From Chara braunii (Eukaryota > Plantae > Charophyceae), in NCBI GenBank assembly GCA_003427395.1, contig BFEA01000009.1, forward strand, positions 760,879 through 824,878: a stretch of 64,000 bases of DNA, given 5' to 3'. The position numbers and the translations under genes are program-made. Numbering within the stretch: position 1 is the stretch's first letter; the number at the start of each line of letters is the position of its first letter. Positions 50,860-64,000 of this stretch are shown in pieces. A model generated the notes under the pieces. It was not told the DNA's origin, did no database searches, and saw nothing but the letters and a program-made list of their open reading frames with translations.

Positions 50860-52330
50860 AGAAGAAGAACGCTCCGCAGAGATTGACAGATGAGAGGATA
50901 GCTAAAAATGGATATTGAAGACGAGAATTTAACGCCGTAAGAATGAGAGAGGATAATCGGCGTACTAAAATCTTGCGATAAGGCAATAACTTTCAGTGAC
51001 GCGGAGAAAGGCAAGATCAACCCATGATACACAAAGTCGGCGAGGATCTATACAAATACCACACACTTGCTGGAACGACGTCAGGTGGAAATACGCACCG
51101 AAGGAGAAAAAAAAGGTGATAGGCGTCTCATGTGGCATAACCCTGCAACAACGCATACGCTAACCGGTGGTTCTCTCTGAGGAAGCCGAATGGAAAGATC
51201 AGTTGGATACAAGATCTCAAGAAAGTCAACGCAGTCACAATCAAAAATGTCGGCTCGATTCCCCACGCGGACTTACTGGCAGAAGGGCCAGTAGGAAGAT
51301 CCATATATTCGATGTGTGATCTGTCCTCTGAGTACGATGCACACGCCGCTCGGGTTGGTGCAAATGATCGTGGTACCCATGGGTTGGACTAACGGCGTGG
51401 CGGTGTTCCAGAGAGCGATGGTAGCTATATTGAAGGACTTCATACCTGACAAGGTCGAGGTCTTTCTGGATGACTTTCCAATCAAAGGCCCAGCAGAGAA
51501 AGATGAGACGGAGGTGGTTCTTGGAGTAAGGAGGTTCGTAGAACAACACCTCACATACATATACACTAAATTAGAGCAGCTAAATGATGCAAACCTCACG
51601 GTTAGCGACACGAAGAGCAGATGGGGCATATCTTCGATCAAAATTTGGGCTTCATCTGTGTGATCAAGAGGGCCGGCGAGCGAATCCAACCAAACTGGAG
51701 AAAGTACTGAACTGGCCCTCACCCCTAAACAGTGGAACTGAGGTACGCCAGTTCCTAGGTGTTGTAGGATACTGGCGGATCTTTATCGCTCGCTATCGCG
51801 AGAAGGCCGAGCCTCTAAGATTACTTCTCCGAAAGACTGCGCAGTTTGAGTGGGGGCCCTCCTAGGAAACTTCCATGTTTGTGTTGAAGGAGTAGTTTAA
51901 TGAGGGCGGTTGTGTGCTAGGGTACCATACTTTGACGACGAGGATGCGCGCCCGTTCATAGTGTCGACTGACGCGGGACCAACTTCTGTTGGGGGACTGT
52001 TGTCGCAAAAAGACGCCGAAAGGAAAGAGAGACGCCTCGAATTCGAAAGCAAAACTCTGAATCCCGCGGAGAGAAACTATAGTCAGTTTAAGAAAGAGGT
52101 TCTGGCAGTTCTCCGATGCCTAGAGGCCTTCAGACATTATATCCACAGAAGGCGTTTTCTGCTCCATGTGGATTCGGTGGCGGTAGCCTCTGTTTTACAG
52201 AAGGACTTTACATTAATGGACCCCGCAATCGCGAGGTGGCTGATATGCACTCGATTATTTGACTACACAGTAGAGAAAATTTCTGGAACCAAGAATGTGG
52301 TGGCGGATGACATGTCACGAATCCCTATAG
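50860..52330 (+). pseudogene. Element B RT / RNase H (disrupted)
   Basis: VPMGWTNGV, FLDD, VRQFLGVVGYWRIFI, FIVSTDAGP and ERNYSQFKKE motifs; frameshifts and a deletion near 51325. Confidence 0.9.
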
Positions 52331-52499
52331 TAAAGGGGCAGCCAGTTGGGGTTAGAATACTCATAGTGACGAGAGAGAGAAGTGCACCACGCTTCCTTCA
52401 GAACTTGTATGATGGGAAATTTCACGCAATAGGCTTGCACCTGGCTGGGAGCAAGAGCCCAGATCCTGAGATCCGTAGGCAAGCCCATCTATACTGTCT

Positions 52500-53640
52500 C
52501 AGGTGGGGACATCTATTCACGAGACCTAATGGGACGGGTATGCCCCTTCGTGCAGTATGTGACCCACAAGAGAGGTAGTTGATTATCAAAGAATTACATG
52601 ATGGAATACTTGGTGAACACAGAGGGGTGACGGGGACGCATGAGAAGGTTAGACGACGGTACTAGTGGGAAGGTCAAAAAATAGATGTGGAGCGACTCTG
52701 CGCAACATGCGAAGAATGTTAGAAGAGAGCTCTCGTTAAATACAAGGAACCTCTTCACCCATCTTACCCCACGAGACCGGGAGAGAAGGTCCACGTTAAC
52801 TTGGTGAAGATGCCCCGAGGAGTTGGGGATCCGAACTACATTGTGAACATTCAGGATGACTTCACGGGCTTCATTGACGGACAACTGCTCAGAACTAAGA
52901 CATCCAAAGAAGTGAGAGGTTTCGTTTTATAATATCTATCGAGGTATGGTTGTGTGGGCACAATTGTTATGGATCGAGGTACATAATTTCTAACCGAAGA
53001 AGTATAAAATGTATTCGAAAGAGTTGGGGTGAGGATATTGCTAGCCACGACATATCATCCCAGACTAACGCTCCAGTCGAGCGTGGGCGTCAATCGCTAG
53101 TGCCGTCATTAACGAAGTGGTGTAAGGGAAAAGGAAAGGATTGACCACAATACTTCAGAGACACGATCTGGGCAGATAATGTAATCGTGAGAGCGAGTAT
53201 CAGATACCCTCCTTATACTCTACGATTCGGGAGGCATTGCCCACTACCTATAGAGTTCCATGTAGATAGTTGGACGACCGTTGCTTGGTGTGACAACATG
53301 ACACATGAAGAACTCCTGGCAGCACGGACTAGATAAATTGCATATGGATGACAGCCGCTGATCGATTGGTTGTGGAAAGAGCAAAGGAAAAGGAACGGTG
53401 GGACAAAGATGTCAGAGTGAGGAAAGAAAAGATACAAGTGGGAGATCAAAAGTTGTTTTATGATGCTGCGTTAGAGAGGACTTGGTCAGGGAAGTTGGCA
53501 AATAGGTGGATGGGACAATACTGAGTAGTGGAGGCACTCGAGTGGGGAGCTTATGCAATAACTGAGCTGGATGGATCTAGATGGAAGGATCAAGTAGCCG
53601 GAGATAGGCTTCAACTCTTCAGACCGAGAGAAGTGAGGGT
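52500..53640 (+). pseudogene. Element B integrase (disrupted)
   Basis: LHDGILGEHRG...CATCEEC zinc finger, MDRG and HPQTNAPVERG core pieces; many stops. Confidence 0.85.
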
Positions 53641-54072
53641 TCCTAAACCACTAGTTGTCGATCCGAAGGACGAGGGAAAAAGAAAGATGGAGGAAAAATT
53701 GTCCGTCCAATTCGAAAAGGGGGAGAGTTCACGGAAGAGAAAAAGAGTTACGGTCAAGAAAGTCAAAGGGTTGGCACTGGGGAAGAAAAAAAGATGCTTG
53801 TTCATACTTACTACGGATAAATGAAAAGTCCGAGTCAGACAAGCTAACTGGCTAGATTATTCATCTCACCGACGGGAGCAACGCAAGAAGCACATGCACA
53901 CAGACACTCGACAAATTAAACACAAGCCTAGAGCAAAACATCCTTTGAACCCGCAGGTAAACGACCATGAGGCTAAAAGAAAGTCACGACGTAGGGCCGG
54001 ACACAACACTCGGCATAATATAGCGAAGACATCGTAACCTCGACGAGGATGTTGAGAAGAGGTTCGGGCTTC

Positions 54073-55172
54073 TGTCAAGTGACCAAATCCGGTCGGCCTC
54101 CCGGGTGTCAGCAATGTCGCTTGAGCTCAGGCGATCAACCTAACGGTCATCAGAACAATCTAGTGACCTGAAAGCGGGTGGACTAACGAGGGAGGACGAT
54201 CAACCATCAGGGCTTGGTTAAGGTGAATGGTACGGGTGCAATCACTACTTGCCCGAATCCCTAAAAGAGGTGCACAGGCGAAGGAACAAAAGTATCAAAT
54301 CAATCGTCGGCAATATCGCATTGTAGTAAAACTCGCCAGAGGTTCGTTAAGTTTAAGACTATTCCCTCCAGCGCCCGCCCGACTCGAGCTTGTGTGCTAG
54401 ATCGATTGACCGTAGAAGACTTCCACTGTTGAACACTGTTTTCTCGAGAGTTTTTCAGTTCGAACCTGCGGGGCAGAACAAACACCAACTGCAGTTTCAG
54501 CCTACTTGACTAGTATCAGCTCGGGTTTGCGGGACGCCCGATGCAACAAGCTATGGTAACCTGTTCCCGGCTATGAATAATTGACTACTCTCTATTGGTA
54601 AATTTGTAACTCTGAGCTTTTTTCCCTCCTTCAAACTCTAATGTGCTCAGGGGGTATAACCTTAGGGTGGTGTCGTGAGTTACACACAATCCCTTAGACC
54701 AACTGGCTAATTACGAGAGGGCGTCGATCCCCACTATCCTAACGCTCGTAAATATTAAATATTATTTATCTTTCTTTCATACCATCGTACTTAACGCTCC
54801 TTCTTGGGATCTGCTGAAGGGATAGGCTTCCACGTTCTCCTTTCGCAATTGTGAAAATGTGGAGCCATTGAGTGTAACCTCCCTGATAGTAGGAAGAGAC
54901 TAACCCCCCCACTGTGATGTGCTATCCTGAAACGGGTGTAAGCTGAAAGTGGGTGTGAAGGGGGAACTCTACAGTTTAACGACCATCATTATGACTTATC
55001 TATGAATTTGTTACTGTATTGAAACCCTTGTGGAATTCGCGGAAAGATAGAATACAGGGAGGACACTCGTTGAACCGCTGAGGACCGATGAGGCGGGGAC
55101 AGTGGGTGACAAATACTGTTGTTGCGGGCTTCAGCAGTTCAACAGCTCTTTCACCCCTGAACTTTCGGGACA
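54073..55172 (+). repeat. 3' LTR of element B (1.1 kb)
   Basis: TG...CA ends; visibly diverged from the 5' LTR, with a ~95-bp indel at ~54552-54645. Confidence 0.88.
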
Positions 55173-55188
55173 GCGTTATACAATATAG

Positions 55189-56690
55189 TTTTAAGGGTCA
55201 TACTCTCACTTTGGGGGTGCAAGAAAAGTTCTGGGTGTGAATGATGATCTCGGAGTTAAGACGCACAACAATAAGGTTACAAAAAATAATTTGAGGTTAC
55301 GACCTCCCAATAAAAGGGTAGAGAAATTATTTAAAAGGTCATATTCTCACTTTGAGGGTGAATGAATTTGTTTCCGGGTGTAAATGATGACCTGGGGGGT
55401 TGTACGCACAGGTATAAGGGTACCAAAAATAATTTGAGGTTACGATCCCCCAATAAAAGGGTAGAGAAATTATTTGGGTGGTCATTCTGTCACTCTGGGG
55501 GTGCAAGAATCAGTTTCGGGTGTGAATGATAACCTGGGGGTTAGGATCCACAACTCTAAGGGTATAAAAAATATTTTGAGGTTACAACTCCCCAGTAAAG
55601 GGGTAGAGAAATTATTTTAAGGGTCATACTCTTACTTTGGGGGTGCAAGAATTAGTTTCGGAGTGTGAACGATCACATGCAGGGTAGAATACCCCGTTAA
55701 AGCGGGACAAATTATTTTGGGGGTCGGACCTTCTCTTTGGGGGGTTGAAATTGCTTTCGGGTTCTGAATGTTCACCTTGGCACTAAGACCCCCTGCAACA
55801 GAGGTTCAACAATTATTTTGGAGGTCATACTCTCACTTTGGGAATGCATGAATTAGTTTTGGGGTGTGGACGATCAAGTGGAGGGTATGTCGAGTCGTTA
55901 AAGGAGGTAAAAAAATTAGTTTATAATTCTCACTTTAGGCGGTTGAAATTAGTTTTGCGGTGTGAATTCGCAACGGAGGCTAAGACCCATTTCTGTAGGG
56001 TTACCAAAATCTCTCTAATGCTCGAATTCTAACTTTAGGCTTGCACGAAATAGTTTCGGGGAGTGAACAATCACAGGGAGGGTATAATCCTCTGTTAAAA
56101 TTATACAAAAACTATTTTGATGTTCAGTCTGTCAAATTGGGGAATTGAAATCTGCATGTACACGACATCGTAAACCCTTAACCCTCAGCCCTGAACACAA
56201 CATCGTAACGAAACCCTTGTTTGGGTGATCATTCTGTCACTTTTGGGGTGCAAGAATCAGTTTCGGGTGTGAATGATGACCTGGGGGTTAGGGTTAGGAT
56301 GCATAACTCTAAGGGTATAAAAACTATTTTCAAGTGACAACTCCCAGTAAAGGGGTAGATAAATTATTTTAAGGGTCATACTCTCACTTTGGGGGTACAA
56401 GAATTAGTTTCGGAGTGTGAACGATCACGTGCAGGGTAGGATACCTCGTTAAAGGGGGACAAAAAATATTTTGGGGGTTGGACCTTCTCTTTGGGGGGTT
56501 GAAATTACCTTCGAGTTTTGAATGTTCACCTTGGCACTAAGACCCCCCGCTACAGAGGTTCAACAATTATTTTGGGGGTCATACTCTCAATTTGGGGGTG
56601 CATGAATAAGTCTCGGGGTGTGAACGATCAAGTGGAGGGTATGTTGCCCGTTAAAGGGGTACAAAAATTAGTTTGAAACTCTCACTTTGG
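55189..56690. repeat. Satellite array (degenerating right end)
   Basis: Same monomer, increasingly diverged. Confidence 0.9.
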
Positions 56691-57120
56691 GCGGGGGAAA
56701 GTCGGGGTCGGGGGTTGGGGGTGGAATCAAGAGTAAGGGAAAGGTCGGGGAAGGGGAGGGAAATCGGGATCAGGCAGGGGGGTGGCGGAGCGATCGCGCG
56801 CACGTGCGCCTAGGGGGAGGGGTTCACGGGGGTAGGGAGGTGTGGAATTGGGAGGGCAGCGGAAGTGGGAGTGGAGCGGCGGGAGCGAAGAGGGAGTGGA
56901 GTACGGGGGGAAAGTGTCGGGGGAGTGTCAGGATCGGAGTTGGGGAGCGGGAGAAGGGGAGTCGTGGCGCGGGGGGGGTTTGGCGGAGTTGGGCGGAGGG
57001 GTGAGGGATGCGGGATGGAGGAGGAAGAGGTCGCGCGGTGGGGGGAAAAAGGTCACACAGTGGGACGGTTGCGCGATGGGAGGAAAATTCGCACGGGGAA
57101 GCGGGCGGATGGGGGAGAAT

Positions 57121-57158
57121 CTGTCTCTTATACACATCTAGATGTGTATAAGAGACAG
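57121..57158. other. Nextera mate-pair junction adapter (assembly artefact)
   Basis: CTGTCTCTTATACACATCT+AGATGTGTATAAGAGACAG (back-to-back Tn5 mosaic ends), followed by 95 bp matching element A ~25890-25984. Confidence 0.97.
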
Positions 57159-57813
57159 GTTCAACAGGGATCGAGTACACGTTCTTCTTTTTGCGAGGTT
57201 CTTCTTCCTCGACCTGGGTTTTTCCTGCTTCCGACGCCCTTTCCATAACTCTCNNNNNNNNNNNNNNNNNNNNNNNNNNNNNNNNNNNNNNNNNNNNNNN
57301 NNNNNNNNNNNNNNNNNNNNNNNNNNNNNNNNNNNNNNNNNNNNNNNNNNNNNNNNNNNNNNNNNNNNNNNNNNNNNNNNNNNNNNNNNNNNNNNNNNNN
57401 NNNNNNNNNNNNNNNNNNNNNNNNNNNNNNNNNNNNNNNNNNNNNNNNNNNNNNNNNNNNNNNNNNNNNNNNNNNNNNNNNNNNNNNNNNNNNNNNNNNN
57501 NNNNNNNNNNNNNNNNNNNNNNNNNNNNNNNNNNNNNNNNNNNNNNNNNNNNNNNNNNNNNNNNNNNNNNNNNNNNNNNNNNNNNNNNNNNNNNNNNNNN
57601 NNNNNNNNNNNNNNNNNNNNNNNNNNNNNNNNNNNNNNNNNNNNNNNNNNNNNNNNNNNNNNNNNNNNNNNNNNNNNNNNNNNNNNNNNNNNNNNNNNNN
57701 NNNNNNNNNNNNNNNNNNNNNNNNNNNNNNNNNNNNNNNNNNNNNNNNNNNNNNNNNNNNNNNNNNNNNNNNNNNNNNNNNNNNNNNNNNNNNNNNNNNN
57801 NNNNNNNNNNNNN

Positions 57814-57817
<4 letters not shown>

Positions 57818-57896
<79 letters not shown>
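57818..57896. repeat. (GA)n microsatellite
   Basis: Direct reading, adjacent to a gap. Confidence 0.95.
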
Positions 57897-57900
<4 letters not shown>

Positions 57901-58504
57901 TGGACACATGAGAAGCAGCAGCCGAGTGAAGGTCCTGTCCGGCTCCATGAATGAACGAACACTGAATGAATGAACAACGGAATGAACCAACCTCCCGCCC
58001 TGGGCCTAGGCCGAAGTGATATACCGGCCTAGGTCCAGGTGCGGAACAACCTGGTACCGGACCAGGGTCAGGCCGACGGCCTGAAACTGGTCCGGCCTCA
58101 CTGCCGTGCCGTAGGGGTACCGCTACAATGCAAATGACGGCCCAGATTGGCCTGAAACAGAATTCCCTGTGGCCTTGATGCTGTCTGCACACAACAAGTG
58201 AGTGTATGTGACCAAGGGCCTGGGCGCGACAGTTGACTTGGACCCTTGACTTTCCAGGGGGCAGTGCGTGGTTGCACTGCCTAGCGCAGGCCGTGTTTGT
58301 CCTGTGTTGTCTGGGCGCAGTTTTGGCCCCCCCACAGACTGCTGTGGAACACGGGTTACTGCATGGAGTTGGCTGTGGAGTTGGCTGCAGGGTGAACTCT
58401 AGTGGTGCCCTCGATGTGCTTGGCCGGTGATGCTTAGCCCGCCGAGGGCCCCACCTAATTTTGTGAGGGACGTTGGGCCCGGTTCCCGACTTTATAAATG
58501 TTGT

Positions 58505-58539
<35 letters not shown>

Positions 58540-61500
58540 TTTGCAAGTTGGAAGGCCCAAAAGAGAAAGGGACATGTTGGAAAGAACTTAAAAAAGAAGC
58601 ATGGCTTTCAGAAATTGCAATATAATTGGATATTCAGTTAAATAGAAGAAAAACAAACTGTAGAAAATAAAAAATTGAGAAAAACGGAAGTATGCAGACC
58701 CCTTTGGACACTTCAAGAATCCATCATAGATAAGGCATGATCCCAACTGCCTCCTGTGTGAACCCTTACCAAGTTCAAAGATAAGGCATGGTCCCAACTG
58801 CTGCTCAGGTTGAGTGGAGATTCACCCTAAACCTGAAAGTCAAGCTCGTTGTGTCTTTTGCCCCGTTCTTGACCTGTTCATTTTCCCTGCACAGCTGGAG
58901 TCTGAAATGACCAAACCGAGGCAGTGGAGCTGACTGGTACCTCCAGTGCGCATTGCTGTGTATACAATAAGCGTCGATATCAACATCATGCTTCCCACAG
59001 CCACACACAGCACCTCACCACTCATTCGCTGGCACCCATCGCAATGCAGAATCTATTTTCGAAAGGCAGCACAGGTAACCCCAACAAACTACTTGTTCTG
59101 TGATGATACGTACCATGTACACTCGGGCACCGGAGGAAGGCAATGGATGAACAAAGTCCTGTTATTGAACTGTCGAGCACGACAAGTTGCCTGTCCCCAC
59201 AGCTTAGCTAATATCGGCATCAACCCTGATCAAGGTCAATCTTTCTTGTCTCGCATCCACCTGCAAAGAAATGTAGCTTTTACAGGACCGCAACTCAGGA
59301 TCAGAGGCACATAAATCACAAAGAATTCACAGAGGCTTAGAGAGCTACTTATTTCACCAGAAAAAAAGAAGCTCTCTCTGGCACAGAGGCTTAGAGAGTT
59401 ACTTACAGATTCATTGAAGGAAAAAGAAGAGCATCAGGAAAATTATCAGGGAAGCATTCCATCCACCAGAAAAAGGAGAATTGCTGGGGTGGGGGGGGGA
59501 GACATGAGAGAGACGGAGAAGTGCTGAAACTTGACTGGAAGACTTTTGCAGCAAAGGGGAATTCTACCCTCGGATAAGAACAGATACATAATCTGGGGGG
59601 GAAGAAGAAGAAAAAAACCATAATATGAAGTCGAAAAAAGTCTCCTCATCAACGCGGGGCCTTATCACCATGTCGCCTCGCCAGCTTTGCCGCCAGCAGC
59701 ACTGAATATGTCCGGGAGGATAAGCGAGGGGGTCCCGGGCAAGGAAAAACAGGATCATGCGGCCCAGTCTTTCAGACTGACAGCTGCAGTTTTACAGTAT
59801 ATATATTACAACCTTCACTAACCCCTCCTGTGCCCACTGATAGGACAAAAGCTGACCGAAGACCAAGACTGGAGCAAGAGCAGACAGATCCAAGCAGATT
59901 CGGAACATTCCCCTCCCAGTACCACACCCAGTCACTCGACCGGCCTCTCCTCCTCCTCCTTCACCGGTGAATTCAGCAAGCAAACCTCTGCTGAGCACTT
60001 GTTCTCGTAGCACGCACTGCCAAAATTCCAAGCCAGTTCACTGCCAGGTTCCGCAGACTTCTTCCCACAGTTTCAATGACAGAATTCGTGTGCAATCCCT
60101 CGACATTCATGGCCCGCACCGACGCTGGTCTCAGACCTAGCAGGCTCTTTTCCTTCACTGTCAATCCAGCAGACCTCTGCCGACCGCTCGTTCTCAGAGC
60201 ATGCGCTGCCAAAATTCCAAGCCTGTTCACTGGGTTCCACAGAGTCACAGACTTCTTCCCACAGTTTCAACGATAGACTCCATGCGCAATCCCTGGACAT
60301 TCACATAGCCTGCATGTCTAACCATCACAATCATATCTGGTTTGGGAGTTGGAAAAACAGCTAAGGGTGACATGCACATGAGAGCGGGAAAGCAAAAGAA
60401 AAGGCGAGGCAGTCAGTCCGAAAGGTTGGTCCATGCACATCGTAGCAGGCAGAAACACATATACCGCTGTCATGTCATCAACATTCTGGTCGGCAGCAGC
60501 TCTATACAACCAGCATTCGCACACTGCATATCTCCATCGAGGCGTGGACGGAATCGTGGACACGAAAGATGTCCAGATGAGTGGAGAAGAACCAAAGACG
60601 AGGATCTCCGACTGTTTTCACTCATAATGAAGAGGGCACGAGAATAGGGCAAGGAAGGGAATGGAACTACGCTCTCCTAGGTACCCACCGAAAAGTGCTT
60701 CTAGAGGGCCACGCCAACCAAGGTAATCAGGATACAGGGATCATATGCTACTCGACACCAACTGTCTTGACGAGTACATGCTGCCGAGATTGACAGCGAG
60801 GCTGTACACTAACCCGGTAGGTTAGTTTCGTAATTTTGTTTGGCTGAGGGCTAACCGAGAGACCTGCCTGTAAGGGAATTCGTGAGGGACAGATCTGCAA
60901 ATCCGGGGAAATACAGGCCCGGTACTACCAAATTCCTACAGCTACCCTAACTGCCTAAAGCAGGCCCGGGCTACCCCTAGGACAGACAGGCCCTAAGCGG
61001 CCTATACTGTTAGACGGTCCTATAGCCTATAGTCGGGTCCGGTAGGGGCCGAGAGGCCGAAAAACAGCAACAGTACCGGTCGGTCAGTCAGTCCGGTCTA
61101 GGTCTAGAGAGCCTATAGATAGGTTAGGCTCATCGGTTCAGGATTTTCGACAGTTCATTTCTCGCGAACAGCGTTGGAGAAGCCAAGCAAGTTGGTGGCG
61201 GTACCTGTTTACCGGTGGCATCCTGAGACAGGCCGCAACAGCAGCCATAGCCGGCCCTCTCTGAGCTTGCCACAGCTGGGGCATCCTCAGCGCATCTACC
61301 CCTGGGGGTATCTGCGTATGGCCGGGCTACTTGATTTTTTTATTAAAAAGTCACAAAGTATTATTGAATCGTAAGATGCTTGCACAGATAGCAATTCTTG
61401 ATATCACAAGCTTTAAAAAGCTTCTACTAGTTATAAATTAGTAAAGATATATATATATTTCTTATACAATACAATCTACTTCTTAGTAAAGTGAGTATTT

Positions 61501-61605
61501 CATTTTCTTCTTCTTTTTCTATCTACTTCATCGAAGTAGATAGAAAAAGAATGTAGTTTCATTGTAAATTTCTTATTTAGAATTTGTATAACAACTTCTA
61601 TCTCA

Positions 61606-61877
<272 letters not shown>

Positions 61878-62145
61878 ATATTCAAAAACATAGAGTAGGA
61901 TTTTTAGTGATTTATTAAAATGACACTTTTTTAATTAAACCATCCATAGCTAAGTCACTGGTTACTCAAAATCATGGCTATTCTGTTGAGTTTTCCTGTT
62001 TTACAATTGCTATATTGAAAATTTCATATATGCATCTGTTATTTATCTTAAATGAAAATGACAAAATGCTCAGAACGCCAAAAAGTCTGTGATTCTTTTC
62101 AACCAATGGGATTTGTGAAAAGCACGAATGGGTCGCAACACTCAG

Positions 62146-62223
62146 AATGTGCTTAAAGCTATTGTAGTGGAAACAAAAAAAGCCACCAAATACCGAAAAG
62201 ATGGCAGTTATTTACAATTTGAT
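62146..62223 (+). pseudogene. rpl14: Organellar ribosomal protein L14 fragment
   Basis: NVLKAIVVETKKATKYRKDGSYLQFD resembles the uL14 motif KAVIVRTKK..RR.DGSYIRFD; more mitochondrial/bacterial-like than plastid-like. Confidence 0.55.
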
Positions 62224-62260
62224 AAAGCGATTCCCTGAGTAGCGGCGAGCGAAATGGGAG
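62224..62260 (+). pseudogene. rrn23: Second plastid 23S rRNA fragment
   Basis: aaagcgattccctgagtagcggcgagcgaaatgggag is the segment that follows the first fragment about 20 nt later in 23S. Confidence 0.8.
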
Positions 62261-64000
62261 ATACCGATAGCTTGTCCGTAGGTAAATGTTCTCAAAGGCT
62301 CAGGAAGGAGTCCACTATAATATAATGCCAGAAATCTAAGATCAATTTCTGAGGCAAAAATGAAAAGAACTGCGGGAAACTCAATCTTCGCTTCGGGATT
62401 GGTTTCGGAGCTCCCATAGTAGTCTCCTGTGGACCCTCGGTCAGAGTTGTCCAGCGGCACTGAAGACTTCATCGCAGGACCTGTTCTTCATCGGGGTGGT
62501 TGGCACTGGCCTCTGGGAGGCTGTTCTGACATAGCGCTACTAACTGGGTGTAGGATAGGGAGTGGGGTGTGAGTTTGGGTGTGGCGAGATACTGGAACAA
62601 ACTCTGTTACGATAATAGTGGGAGTGGCTCATCATCAGTGACAGTTTCAATTGTGATCTTCGCAGGTTCTTTCTTGTGATTGGTTGTTGGGAGTTGTGTC
62701 AGAGAGTGAGAAACACTGTGTGTCTTCTCCCCTGCTGTGCATAATTGTCTTCCGCTGTTTATCTTCACCTGTGTGCAGTGTGGACTCTGTCTCCTCTCTC
62801 CCCATCTCTTGTGCATGTATGAGACTGTCTGTGTGTGAGTGGCGAGAAAATTCGTCAGACAACCAAGTTCGTAACATCATCAACATTCCAGTCGGAGAAC
62901 TACACTACTAACAATCTTCTCAACATCCGATTCTCTGGCAAAAACTGCGGTGGTAAGCCCCCACCGATGACCGCATCCACTTGATCCGTCAGCAGCAGCT
63001 CTGTACAACCAGCATTCGCACACTGCATATCTCCATCGAGGTGTGGACGGAATCGTGGACACGAAAGATGTCCAGATGAGTGGAGAAGAACCAAAGACGA
63101 GGATCTCCGACTGTTTTCACTCATAATGAAGAGGGCACGAGAATAGGGCAAAGAAGGGAATGGAACTACGCTCTCCTAGGTACCCACCGAAAAGTGCTTC
63201 TAGAGGGCTACGCCAACCAAGGTAATCAGGATACAGGGATCATATGCTACTCGACACCAAGTGTCTTGATGAGTACATGTTATACTAGTAAAGTCATCAG
63301 TCTGCTTGGACATGAGGACAATCTTGCCTCAGAAAAGAGTCAGAATTAATTCATGACTCATGAGGACAATCTTGCGGCAAGATTCTTGCCTCAGAATTCA
63401 TGCAGAAAAGCTGTCCTCATGAAAAAACACCCTTAGCATGTCCGTGTGTTACACCCACACCCACACTACGGTGCTTATGAGCAGCGCGGAAAATTATTTA
63501 TTTATTTAACTATTTTAAATTGTGGGTATCCCTCTTGTTGGCAGTCTTGTAGTGGATGTTCCTCTCGCCATTGCAATTATCCCTCTAGACTCTAGCCGTA
63601 GCAGGGAAATTCCGAATTCATTTAATTCAACGTTTTATTATTATTTTCATAGTATGTGTAATATTTGTGTATGCAGGATAATAAGGAGTCGGGTTCAACC
63701 AACAGACAAATGACAGAGGATTTGAGACGGGTTTAACCAATAGACAAAGGACGGAGCATTTGAGATTATAATCCCATGAACTACGGGCCTCACTTTACTG
63801 AACAGCATAGTAAATGCATCTGAACCTGATAGCTACGTTCAGAACTTCAGAATGCTCGACCAGTCCAAATGTATCCAGCCTGTGCAGCAGTCCAGATACT
63901 TTTTGAATGTTGAGTACTGGAGTAAGGCCCTATGTAGCCATTCCACATCCAAAGTAGAGCATCCCGGTGCCCAGCTCCATCCTACTTGGTTATTTGGCCC

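Larger units (their letters stand above)
37556..55172 (+). mobile_element. Element B: decayed Athila/Tat-like Ty3/Gypsy LTR retrotransposon
   Basis: LTRs begin tgtca.g.g.ccaaatcc (37556, 54073) and end ctgaact..cg.gaca (41167, 55172). tRNA-Asp PBS; gag-PR-RT-RH-INT remnants with many stops. Confidence 0.9.
37118..55188. mobile_element. MITE copy 3, split by element B (37118-37555 and 55173-55188)
   Basis: Decayed termini atgcgttacc...tatacaatatag (cf. ctacgttgcc...tatgcaacgtag); 8-bp TSD ttttaagg at 37110-37117 and 55189-55196. Confidence 0.8.

Noticed and set aside
56170-56300. Telomeric repeats (taaaccct, ttagggttagg)
   Set aside because: Only about two imperfect units within satellite sequence.
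57121-57158. Tn5/IS50 mosaic ends as a real transposon
   Set aside because: Exact Nextera junction adapter.
57900-61330. Host gene or additional element
   Set aside because: Only short ORFs without recognisable motifs and small local duplications; no termini could be defined.

Overview
Eukaryotic, repeat-saturated nuclear DNA with no intact host gene. The element types, a plant-type U6 fragment and plastid 23S pieces point to a streptophyte; a charophyte alga such as Chara is an inference only. The backbone is a ~143-bp satellite array with a ~1.08-kb higher-order period (6045-12853, 34851-37117, 55189-56690), invaded by nested elements. Element A is a 22-kb minus-strand Ty3/Gypsy retrotransposon (12871-34850) with ~6.8-kb LTRs. 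Element B is an older plus-strand Athila/Tat-like Ty3/Gypsy element (37556-55172) with a tRNA-Asp PBS and ~5 kb of decayed extra coding sequence upstream of gag. There are three copies of a GTAC-rich MITE with 8-bp TSDs, a decayed Sola-like transposase near the start, a Nextera adapter artefact, and an organellar mosaic near the end. The most striking observation is the LTR of element A. It carries a canonical type III hammerhead ribozyme antisense to gag-pol, the 3' half of U6 snRNA, a tRNA-like A/B-box Pol III hairpin unit, about 20 short hairpins, a 54-bp minisatellite and two orphan ORFs that each start directly after a splice acceptor (CAG|ATG). Caveat: the interiors of the two LTRs share identical N positions, so they are probably a collapsed assembly consensus.
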